Shown: positions 44,283-51,993 of the stretch, one piece after another
Numbering within the stretch: the stretch's first letter is position 1
Layout: every line of letters begins with the position of its first letter
Source: Patescibacteria group bacterium
GTDB taxonomy: Bacteria > Patescibacteriota > Patescibacteriia > UBA9934 > GWF2-40-263
NCBI GenBank assembly: GCA_018814025.1
Contig: JAHJAM010000012.1
Location: 1 to 51,993, forward strand
DNA length: 51,993 nt
Reading direction: 5' to 3'
The notes under the pieces: generated by a model
The model's database searches: none
The model's input: the letters and a program-made list of their open reading frames with translations, nothing else
Told to the model about the DNA's origin: nothing
Position numbers and translations under genes: made by a program

Positions 44283-45146
44283 ATGTATTTTTTAACCGAT
44301 TCCGCGAATCACTTGCGGCGCCTGATGATCAACCGCGGCGCCTCAATCGGTTCGGCGCAACAATCGATTTCGGCGAACGGCGAGCGCAGCTATCGTCTCA
44401 AGGAAGATTTAAAGCGCGAGCAGATTCGCTTGGTGGCTTCGATTTGGCCGGATGCCAATTCTTTGTTCGATCTGCTGGCTTATTTTCGCTTACTGCGCGA
44501 TCATAAATGCCCCACGCCGAGCTTAGTGATCCCTTATCTGGCATATGCGCGGGAATACGATGAACCGGGCCAGGCGAAAATTAATGAAATGCTGGCGGAA
44601 TTGGTGCGCAATTTAAATCCGGCCAAGATTTCTGTTTTCGACCTGCATGATCCGCGCCTGTTGGCTAATTTGGGCGCTAATGCCCGAATCGTGAACACTT
44701 GGCCGCTTTTGGCGGAACGCCTGCTCAAAGATGATGCGCCGGAAGTGGTCTTGGCGCCGGATGAAGCAGCCAAACCCCTAGCTCAAGCTTTGATCAACTT
44801 GTTGGGCGGAACCGCGGAGTTGGCTTATATTGAAAAAGAGCGTCCGAAACCGAATTCGGCGCTGGCTAACAACCTGGTGGGGGAAGTCAGCAATCGCCGG
44901 GTGTTAATCGCGGATGATATAATTGATACGGGCGCCACCATGATCGAAGCCGTGCGCTTGGTTTCCCAAAAAGGCGCCAGCCAAATCCGGCTGGCGGCTA
45001 ATCACGGCATTTTTACTCAAGATGCCAGAGAAAAGCTGAGCCGGCTGCCAATCCAGGATATCTATGTCACCAACACCTGGCCTCAACCCAGGCACCCAAT
45101 CATCAAGACCGTGGATATTTCATCTTTATTGATAACTTTGCCATAA
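44283..45146 (+). CDS. prs: Ribose-phosphate pyrophosphokinase (Prs) family protein, divergent
   Basis: VIPYLAYAREYDE, FDLHDPRL, VLAPDEAA, RRVLIADDIIDTGATMIEA, ANHGIF and IYVTNTWP. The ATG is at 44283; the track start at 44271 is TTG. Confidence 0.8.
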   Translation: MYFLTDSANHLRRLMINRGASIGSAQQSISANGERSYRLKEDLKREQIRLVASIWPDANSLFDLLAYFRLLRDHKCPTPSLVIPYLAYAREYDEPGQAKINEMLAELVRNLNPAKISVFDLHDPRLLANLGANARIVNTWPLLAERLLKDDAPEVVLAPDEAAKPLAQALINLLGGTAELAYIEKERPKPNSALANNLVGEVSNRRVLIADDIIDTGATMIEAVRLVSQKGASQIRLAANHGIFTQDAREKLSRLPIQDIYVTNTWPQPRHPIIKTVDISSLLITLP

Positions 45147-45148
45147 AC

Positions 45149-47104
45149 ATGTTTGGACTGAAGAAAAAAACCAGCGCCAATTCCAATATTTTCGGCTTAC
45201 AGCAAAACCAACACGCCAATTGGCGGCTGCCGGGCCAGGCCAACAAAACTTTGGAAGATTTGATTGGTGAAGATACGCGCCAGGAAAACATCGGCGGGCG
45301 GCGTTTTTTGGGTTTGACGATCGCGCCAGGCCGTTTTCAAGCGGCCGGCATTATCGGCTTGTGCGTATTTTTTTTGCTGTTCGCGCGCGCGGCTCATCTG
45401 CAAATTTTGCAAGGCGATTATTATCAAGATCTGTCCGTGAATAATCGGATCCGCACCACTACCATCGTGCCGAACCGAGGCAAGATTACGGACCGCCACG
45501 GCGTGTCTTTGGCCGAAAACGTGCCATCTTTCGTACTCAATATGACGATCGCCGATTTACCGAAAGATAAACCGGAACGAGACTCGGTGATTGCGAAAAT
45601 CGTGGATTTGGCGGGCTTGCAGCCGGCGGATGTGGATTTGCTGATCACTCAATATGCCAAAACATCAAACGAACCCGTGTCCGTAAAAAAAGGCATTTCA
45701 TACGAGACGGCCATGCGTCTGGCCATTGAAACCGCGGACTTGCCCGGCTTCACTTTGGAGACTGACCGCTTGCGCTTATATAATTCTTCTGCCAGTTCGC
45801 TGTCGCATATTTTGGGCTACGTGGGAAAAATCAGTCCCGAGGAATTAACCGAATTTGCAGATCAAAGCTACCGCTTGGTCGATGAGATCGGAAAAACCGG
45901 ACTGGAACGCAGCGCGGAAGAATATTTGCGCGGCCGGCCGGGAAAATATGAAGTCGAGGTCGACGCTTTAGGCCGCGAACTGTCCGTGATCGCGCGCGAA
46001 GAACCGGTTCCGGGCGCGAATTTGATTTTAAGTTTGGATGTCAATTTACAAAGAATGATCGAGGAGGAATTGTACGGCATCTTCAACCAAACCCAGACTT
46101 CTCGAGCTTCGGTAGTGGTGATGGATCCCCAGAGCGGCGGCCTGCGCGCTTTGGTCAGTTTGCCCAGTTTCGACAGCAACTCATTCGCCACGGGCATTGA
46201 TTCGGAAACTTATCAAAACCTTTTAGCGAACCCGGACAAGCCGCTATTTTCCCGAAGCATTTCCGGAGAATATCCGTCCGGCTCAATTTTCAAGCCGTTC
46301 GTGGCATACGCGGCTCTGGCCGAAGGGATTATTACGGAAAAGACCAGTTTTCTGTCCACGGGCGGAATCGCTATCGGTCCTTGGTTTTTCCCGGACTGGC
46401 GAGCCGGCGGGCACGGCATCACTGATGTGCGCAAGGCTTTGGCCGATTCGGTGAATACGTTTTTTTATATCGTGGGCGGGGGTTATCAAAATGTGACCGG
46501 CCTGGGGGTAAAGCGCATCACGGATTATGCTCGCACGTTCGGTTTTGGCGCGATCACGGGCATTATTTTGCCGTCGGAAGCTGACGGTTTTCTGCCTTCC
46601 AAGGAATGGAAAGAGGAGGTCAAGGGCGAACGCTGGTATGTGGGCGATACCTATAATTTATCAATCGGCCAAGGCGATTTGCTGGTGACGCCTTTGCAGA
46701 TGGCCGCGGCCATGGCCGTGATCGCCAATGGCGGACACAAAGTGGCGCCGCGATTGATCGAAGCCGTTGACGGTCAAGTTGATGCGCGCGATTTATTGCG
46801 GGTGGTGGCATCGGATGAAGAATTTGATCCATATCTTATTAAAGTGGTGCAAGAGGGGATGCGCCGGGGCGTCACTCTCGGCAGTTCCCGGTATTTGTCA
46901 TTATTAGACATGAATGTGGCCGGTAAAACCGGCACGGCTCAAAACATCGGCGATCGGCCCACGCACGCTTGGTGGGTCGGTTTTGGACCTTACGAAGACC
47001 CGGAAATAGTGGTCGTCATTTTGATTGAGGAAGGCGGCGAAGGCTCGGAAGTGGCCGTGCCGCTGGCTTATAAAATTTTTGATTGGTGGGATAATAATAG
47101 ATAG
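45149..47104 (+). CDS. mrdA: Penicillin-binding protein 2 (elongation transpeptidase)
   Basis: SGSIFKP (SxxK), DSVN (SxN) and KTGTAQ. N-terminal TM segment plus dimerisation domain. Confidence 0.92.
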   Translation: MFGLKKKTSANSNIFGLQQNQHANWRLPGQANKTLEDLIGEDTRQENIGGRRFLGLTIAPGRFQAAGIIGLCVFFLLFARAAHLQILQGDYYQDLSVNNRIRTTTIVPNRGKITDRHGVSLAENVPSFVLNMTIADLPKDKPERDSVIAKIVDLAGLQPADVDLLITQYAKTSNEPVSVKKGISYETAMRLAIETADLPGFTLETDRLRLYNSSASSLSHILGYVGKISPEELTEFADQSYRLVDEIGKTGLERSAEEYLRGRPGKYEVEVDALGRELSVIAREEPVPGANLILSLDVNLQRMIEEELYGIFNQTQTSRASVVVMDPQSGGLRALVSLPSFDSNSFATGIDSETYQNLLANPDKPLFSRSISGEYPSGSIFKPFVAYAALAEGIITEKTSFLSTGGIAIGPWFFPDWRAGGHGITDVRKALADSVNTFFYIVGGGYQNVTGLGVKRITDYARTFGFGAITGIILPSEADGFLPSKEWKEEVKGERWYVGDTYNLSIGQGDLLVTPLQMAAAMAVIANGGHKVAPRLIEAVDGQVDARDLLRVVASDEEFDPYLIKVVQEGMRRGVTLGSSRYLSLLDMNVAGKTGTAQNIGDRPTHAWWVGFGPYEDPEIVVVILIEEGGEGSEVAVPLAYKIFDWWDNNR

Positions 47105-47105
47105 T

Positions 47106-48203
47106 ATGAATAAAATATTAATCAGTATTTTTTTCTTGTGTTTACCGGTTTCCGCTTTGGCCCAGGACGCGGTCGGGCAAATGGAAAGCCGGCAGGTGCA
47201 GGGCGAGGTGTTGGAAATTCAAGATCTGTCAATTATTGATGGATATCGGCAAATGAAATTTCAGGTTCGGGGAGATGACCAGAAAATTTATGATGTGAAT
47301 ACAGCGGATTCCTATTTGGAAGGCCTGCGCTACAATATTCAGCCGGGGAATCGAGTCATTTTGCAGATATTTCCTGAAGCAGATGGTTCAGAGACCGCGC
47401 ATCTGGCCGATGCGGTCAGAACCAACGGTTTATTGTGGGTCTTGATTGTTTTTTCGCTCTTAATTTTAATTGTGGGTTTATGGCGAGGGTTATTGGCTCT
47501 GCTTGGCTTGGGCATCACGGTTTTGGTTTTGTTCGTATATATTTTCCCCAATATTTTGTCCGGAGCTGATCCGTTGAATACAGTTTTGCTGGGATCGGCT
47601 GTAATTTTGGCCGTAAATTTACCCATCACCCATGGTTTCAATAAAATGACGGCCATGGCGTTCGTTGGCACTTTGGCCGGATTGGCCCTCTCGGTCCTCA
47701 CAGCTAAATTCTTCATGGCCATGTCGTTTTTATCCGGACTGGGCAGTGAAGAGGCCGTATATTTAACTTGGCAGGTTCAAAACATTAAAGCGGACGGTTT
47801 GCTGCTGGCCGCCATCGTTTTAGGCGCGGTTGGCGTTTTTGATGACGTGGCCATCAATCAGGCAACGGTCGTGGCCGAGCTGAAAAAAGCGGATCCGAAC
47901 CTGAAAACCGTTCAACTGGCGCGTCAGGCCATGCGCGTGGGTCGCCACCACATCGCCTCCATGGTAAATACTTTGGTTTTAGCTTATGCGGCCGTGGCCA
48001 TGCCTTTGTTCCTGCTTTTCTTAAATTCGGATGTGGACTGGGTGGCTTTCGTCAACACGGAAGTGGTGGCCGAAGAAATCGTTCGAACTTTGGCCGGGAC
48101 CTCGGCCTTGGTTTTGACCGTGCCCATTAGCACCTGGCTTGCTGCCTGGATCGCGACAGACAAACACGGAGCATCTTTTGACAATGAGGAATTCCACAGG
48201 TAA
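47106..48203 (+). CDS. YibE/F family membrane protein
   Basis: Signal peptide plus a soluble N-domain, then 7 TM segments with VFDDVAINQATVVAEL and HIASMVNTLVLAY. The ATG is at 47106. Confidence 0.7.
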   Translation: MNKILISIFFLCLPVSALAQDAVGQMESRQVQGEVLEIQDLSIIDGYRQMKFQVRGDDQKIYDVNTADSYLEGLRYNIQPGNRVILQIFPEADGSETAHLADAVRTNGLLWVLIVFSLLILIVGLWRGLLALLGLGITVLVLFVYIFPNILSGADPLNTVLLGSAVILAVNLPITHGFNKMTAMAFVGTLAGLALSVLTAKFFMAMSFLSGLGSEEAVYLTWQVQNIKADGLLLAAIVLGAVGVFDDVAINQATVVAELKKADPNLKTVQLARQAMRVGRHHIASMVNTLVLAYAAVAMPLFLLFLNSDVDWVAFVNTEVVAEEIVRTLAGTSALVLTVPISTWLAAWIATDKHGASFDNEEFHR

Positions 48204-48217
48204 GCTAATTAAACATT

Positions 48218-48673
48218 ATGCCTACATATATTTCAGCTGACGGCCTGGCCAATCTGGAGGAAGAATACGAAAAACGCCGCAAGGAGACCAGGCGAGAAAT
48301 CGCGGACCGAATTGAACAAGCCAAGGAACTCGGAGATCTTTCCGAGAATTTTGAATATCACGAAGCCAAGGAACAGCAAGCCTTAAACGAGGCGCGAATC
48401 ATGGAATTGGACTCCATGATCAAAGATACGGTTTTGGTGGAACAAAAAACCGGGGGCAGTGAAATCTCGCTGGGCGCGACATTCGTCGTGGAATTGAACG
48501 GAGTGCAAAAAACCTTCGAAATGGTCGGTTCCAATGAAGCTAATCCGCTGGAAGGCAAAATTAGCAATGAATCGCCTTTGGGCCAAGCTTTTTTGGGCCG
48601 AGGCGTTAATGATGCGGTGGAAGTTGAAGTCCCGTCCGGATCCATGACTTACAAAATTATTGAGATTAAGTAG
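48218..48673 (+). CDS. greA: Transcription elongation factor GreA (paralogue 2, canonical length)
   Basis: GDLSENFEYHEAKEQQ tip and ISNESPLGQAFLGRGV C-terminal domain. Confidence 0.9.
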   Translation: MPTYISADGLANLEEEYEKRRKETRREIADRIEQAKELGDLSENFEYHEAKEQQALNEARIMELDSMIKDTVLVEQKTGGSEISLGATFVVELNGVQKTFEMVGSNEANPLEGKISNESPLGQAFLGRGVNDAVEVEVPSGSMTYKIIEIK

Positions 48674-48702
48674 TTTTGACCAACCATTTTAAATCAGGTA
48701 AA

Positions 48703-48735
48703 ATATGGCTGAAATTAAGCCATATTTTTGTTTTT
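48703..48735 (+). terminator. Intrinsic terminator after greA
   Basis: Stem ATATGGCT / AGCCATAT with a 7-nt loop, followed by TTTTGTTTTT. Confidence 0.7.
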
Positions 48736-48739
48736 ATTT

Positions 48740-50212
48740 ATGATTGAAGAAGAAGCCGCGCGCCGGGCTCGGGCTGAGCTCCTGCGCCAAAGAGAAATCG
48801 AACCGTATCCGGCCAAAAGCCAATATACGCACACCATCACAGACTATCTGGCGAAATTCGATCAACTCATGGCTGATCAGACCGTCGAGACCGTGGTCGG
48901 GCGCATCATCACCCTGCGCAAACATGGCGGATTAACTTTTTTAACCTTGGAAGACGGCACGGGCCGAATTCAGTTAGTGCTGAGAAAAGACGGAGTCGGG
49001 GAAGAAACCTATCAGTTTTTTCATGCCACCATGGACATGGGGGATTTTATCCAAGCCACGGGTTGTGCTTTTTTGACTAAGAAGGAAGAAAAATCCCTGG
49101 ACGTTCAACACTATAAAATTTTGGCGAAAACTTTACTACCCATGCCGGAAAAATGGCATGGCCTGTCTGACGTGGAAGTCCGCTATCGCCAGCGCTATCT
49201 GGATTTGCTGAGCAATCCGAGCGTGCGCCACATTTTCAAAGTCCGAGCGCTGATTATCAAAACTATTCGCCAATTTTTGGATGAGAGAGATTTTCTGGAA
49301 GTGGAAACGCCGGTCTTGCAAGCGATTCCGGGCGGCGCCAATGCGGCGCCATTCATTACGCATCATAATGCCTTGGATATTGATTTATATTTGCGCATCG
49401 CGCCGGAATTATTCTTGAAGCGCTGCGTAGTCGGCGGCTTGGATCGAGTTTATGAAATTGCCCGCTGCTTCCGCAATGAGGGCATTGACCACGCGCATAA
49501 TCCGGAATTCACCCAAATTGAAGGCTACATCGCGTATCGGGATTATGAACAGTTAATGGAAATGCTGGAAGAAATGCTGAAAGAAGTGATCAGAGCGGTG
49601 GGCTTGGATCCATTCCAGGTTCCGTTTCAAGATTACCAGTTAAACTTCGCGGAAAGATGGGAACGAATCACTTTTCGCGAGGCCATGTTGCGCTATGCGG
49701 CGCTGGATATCGAAACCATCACCAATCGCGAGGCAGCGGTTCAAGCCGCGGTTAAGCACGGAGTGCCGGTGGAAAAGAATCACGGTTTGGGCACCATCAT
49801 CGATAACCTTTACAAGCATTTGGTTCGGCCCAAGATTATCCAACCGACTTTCATTTACGATTACCCGGCGCAATTATCGCCTTTGGCGAAAAAGAAAGCC
49901 GATGATCCGCGCTACGTGGAAATGTTTCAATTGGTCTACGGCGGCGGGGAAGAGAACATGAAGTCTTTCAGCGAGTTGAATGATCCGCTGGATCAAGAGG
50001 CTCGGTTTCAGGAACAGCAAGCCGCGCGCGAAGCCGGCGATGATGAGGCTCAATTTGCGGATGATGATTATGTGACGGCCCTCAAGCACGGTTTGCCGCC
50101 CACGGCCGGTTTCGGTATCGGCATTGATCGCTTAACCGCGCTGTTAACCAACTCGTCGAATATCAAAGAGGTAATTTTATTCCCAACTCTGCGACCGAAA
50201 AGCCAGGAATAA
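48740..50212 (+). CDS. lysS: Lysyl-tRNA synthetase (class II)
   Basis: RYRQRYLDL, FLEVETPVL, RVYEIARCFRNEG and GFGIGIDRL. The ATG is at 48740; the track start at 48728 is TTG. Confidence 0.95.
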   Translation: MIEEEAARRARAELLRQREIEPYPAKSQYTHTITDYLAKFDQLMADQTVETVVGRIITLRKHGGLTFLTLEDGTGRIQLVLRKDGVGEETYQFFHATMDMGDFIQATGCAFLTKKEEKSLDVQHYKILAKTLLPMPEKWHGLSDVEVRYRQRYLDLLSNPSVRHIFKVRALIIKTIRQFLDERDFLEVETPVLQAIPGGANAAPFITHHNALDIDLYLRIAPELFLKRCVVGGLDRVYEIARCFRNEGIDHAHNPEFTQIEGYIAYRDYEQLMEMLEEMLKEVIRAVGLDPFQVPFQDYQLNFAERWERITFREAMLRYAALDIETITNREAAVQAAVKHGVPVEKNHGLGTIIDNLYKHLVRPKIIQPTFIYDYPAQLSPLAKKKADDPRYVEMFQLVYGGGEENMKSFSELNDPLDQEARFQEQQAAREAGDDEAQFADDDYVTALKHGLPPTAGFGIGIDRLTALLTNSSNIKEVILFPTLRPKSQE

Positions 50213-50213
50213 T

Positions 50214-50618
50214 ATGCGCCAATCAACCGTTTTATGTTTTGGCACCTTCGACGGCCTGCATACCGGACATGAATATTTTCTCAAACAAGCGAGGTCCTTG
50301 GGGTCTCGCTTGGTGGTGAGCGTGGCGCGCGATGAACATATTCGCCAACTCAAACATCGGGAACCGAGAAGCACGGAGACTGATCGGCTGGCCGCGGTCA
50401 AGCTAATGCCTATGGTCGATGAAGCTCGCTTGAGCGACCAGCAACTGGGCTCTTATGAAATTTTTCAAGCCGTGCAGCCGGAGATTGTGGCTTTGGGCTA
50501 TGATCAAGACGCTTTGCGCGCGGATTGCCAAAAATGGATCAAAGAACACGCCAGTCCGATCAAAACTCAAAACATTGATTTCTTGAAACAAGACAAAATT
50601 CCGATTAAGCTGATCTGA
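50214..50618 (+). CDS. Cytidylyltransferase-like nucleotidyltransferase (RibL/TagD-type HxGH fold)
   Basis: VLCFGTFDGLHTGHEYFL. Confidence 0.75.
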   Translation: MRQSTVLCFGTFDGLHTGHEYFLKQARSLGSRLVVSVARDEHIRQLKHREPRSTETDRLAAVKLMPMVDEARLSDQQLGSYEIFQAVQPEIVALGYDQDALRADCQKWIKEHASPIKTQNIDFLKQDKIPIKLI

Positions 50619-50619
50619 C

Positions 50620-51762
50620 ATGGCCAAGCATCGAACCTGGGTGGAAATTAGCGAGGAAGCCCTGCAAAACAATATCTACGAACTGCGCGCGCTGCTTCGG
50701 CCGGAAACGGAATTTGCGGCCGTGGTTAAGTCTAACGCATACGGCCACAGCCTGGAGCAAGTGGTGCCCATGATGAGTAAAGTGGCGGTTAAGCGCTTCG
50801 CGGTTGATAACATTAATGAGGCCTTGCTGGTGCGGGAATTGGCGCCCGAGGCCAGCATTAATGTCATCGGCTATATCATGCATGAACAATTGGCCGAGGC
50901 GATTGAGGCCGGCATCGAGCTGACGGTTTATGACAAGGACACCATTCGATTGGTAGAGGAAATCGCTCGGCAACGAAAGCAAATCGTTTCCATCCATTTG
51001 AAACTGGACACGGGCATGAGCCGGCAAGGGGTGTTACCGCAAAATCTTTCGGATGTCGTGACTTTGCTTTTGGATTGCCCGCACTTAACGGTGGCCGGCG
51101 TTTCCACGCATTTCGCCAATCTCGATAATTACCGGGATCCGTCATTTACTTTGATGCAATGCGAACTTTACGAGCAATGCATCGAACAAATCGAATTAGC
51201 CGGTTTTCATCCTCAGTTCCTGCATTGCGCCAAGAGTTCCGCGATTATTTTGTATCCGAACACGCAAGGCACTCTGGTGCGCGCTGGCATCGCTTTATAC
51301 GGCATCTGGCCCACGCCGGACATTCAGGATGAAGCGCGCCGGCAATCCATCAAATGCAGCTTAAAACCGGTCCTCTCTTGGAAGACGCGGGTAATTCAAG
51401 TGAAATCCCTGCCCACGGGCACGCCGATCAGCTACGATCTGACTGAAGCCTTGCGCAAGCCCAGCCGAATTGCGGTACTGCCGATTGGCTATTATGATAA
51501 TTTTGACCGCAAACTTTCATCCATCGGAGAAGTATTAATTAAGGGCTATCGCTGTAAAGTGCTGGGTCGGGTTTGCATGAATATGACTATGGTGGATGTT
51601 TCCAGCGTGCCGGACGTGAAACCGGAACAAGAAGCGATAATTATCGGGGCTTCGGGCCGCCATCAGATCACGGCCCAAGAAATTGCGGATAAAATCGGCA
51701 CCATTCCCTATGAAGTGGTCAGCCGAATCAGTCCGACCATTCCTCGAGTGGCGGTGGAATAA
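50620..51762 (+). CDS. alr: Alanine racemase
   Basis: AVVKSNAYGHS (PLP Lys), and VLPIGYYDNF...GRVCMNMTMVD. Confidence 0.93.
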   Translation: MAKHRTWVEISEEALQNNIYELRALLRPETEFAAVVKSNAYGHSLEQVVPMMSKVAVKRFAVDNINEALLVRELAPEASINVIGYIMHEQLAEAIEAGIELTVYDKDTIRLVEEIARQRKQIVSIHLKLDTGMSRQGVLPQNLSDVVTLLLDCPHLTVAGVSTHFANLDNYRDPSFTLMQCELYEQCIEQIELAGFHPQFLHCAKSSAIILYPNTQGTLVRAGIALYGIWPTPDIQDEARRQSIKCSLKPVLSWKTRVIQVKSLPTGTPISYDLTEALRKPSRIAVLPIGYYDNFDRKLSSIGEVLIKGYRCKVLGRVCMNMTMVDVSSVPDVKPEQEAIIIGASGRHQITAQEIADKIGTIPYEVVSRISPTIPRVAVE

Positions 51763-51763
51763 T

Positions 51764-51993
51764 ATGAGCCGACGCGACCATTTCAAAAAATTGCAACAGC
51801 AAGGCTATGAAGCACGGAAATATCGCAATCCGTATTTCGCGGCTAAAAAACGGACCACGCATTGGATCAGAACCGCGGTCTGGTTTTTGATAGCGGCCGC
51901 ACTCATCACTCTGCTCATGAATTTTCTTCTGCGCTCGCCGATTTACGCCATCAATCAAGTACAAATTTCCGGCACGGAAACCATTAAGCCGGA
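51764..51993 (+). CDS. FtsQ/DivIB-like cell-division protein, N-terminal part (runs off the window)
   Basis: Basic cytoplasmic N-terminus and one TM segment. IYAINQVQISGTETI is a typical POTRA start. Confidence 0.55.
   Translation, partial: MSRRDHFKKLQQQGYEARKYRNPYFAAKKRTTHWIRTAVWFLIAAALITLLMNFLLRSPIYAINQVQISGTETIKP

Noticed and set aside
48676-48704. A promoter-like TTGACC-17-TAAAAT just downstream of greA and upstream of lysS
   Set aside because: It sits immediately before, and partly within, the greA terminator hairpin (48703-48735). A transcript starting there would begin in the terminator, so this is possibly a chance match in AT-rich sequence. I cannot decide without transcription start-site data.

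Overview
This is a gene-dense 52-kb chromosomal segment, roughly 90% coding, with compact operons and many hairpin/T-run terminators. I infer a small-genome Patescibacteria/CPR-like bacterium from gene content only: a DEAD-box helicase paired with a CxxC-x17-CxxC protein, DUF5671-, DUF2914- and DUF3179-type proteins, a short ATP synthase delta subunit, and almost no Shine-Dalgarno sequences.

Most of the window is housekeeping:
- a complete F-type ATP synthase operon (atpZ-like, then atpBEFHAGDC)
- mreB-mreC-mreD-(prs-like)-PBP2
- metG, lysS, alr, rsmI, tatD, pepA and two greA paralogues
- cspA, an RRM RNA-binding protein and a DEAD-box helicase
- an ABC-F ATPase, an M23 peptidase and an orphan histidine kinase
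- a glutaredoxin/peroxiredoxin/SOD cluster and a UvrD-type helicase fused to a Cas4/AddB-type nuclease
- tRNA-Asn(GUU)

I saw no rRNA, CRISPR array, integrase, transposase or reverse transcriptase.

The best candidates for something new are:
1. A GC-richer two-gene divergent module of unknown function at about 35.7-38.1 kb. Both genes have near-consensus back-to-back promoters and strong Shine-Dalgarno sites that the surrounding genes lack, and terminators bracket the module.
2. A small GIY-YIG gene sitting between a decayed duplicate of the 5' half of tRNA-Asn and the intact tRNA-Asn. The duplicate is interrupted by two covarying 30-nt double-hairpin inserts. The GIY-YIG stop codon lies inside the tRNA.
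3. An ATP-cone domain fused to a PD-(D/E)xK nuclease.
4. Two divergent Prs-like proteins with complementary motif decay, one of them embedded in the mre/PBP2 operon.
5. An apparent homopolymer frameshift at the 5' end of the CxxC-x17-CxxC gene.

All functional calls rest on motif recognition by eye. No database search was run.
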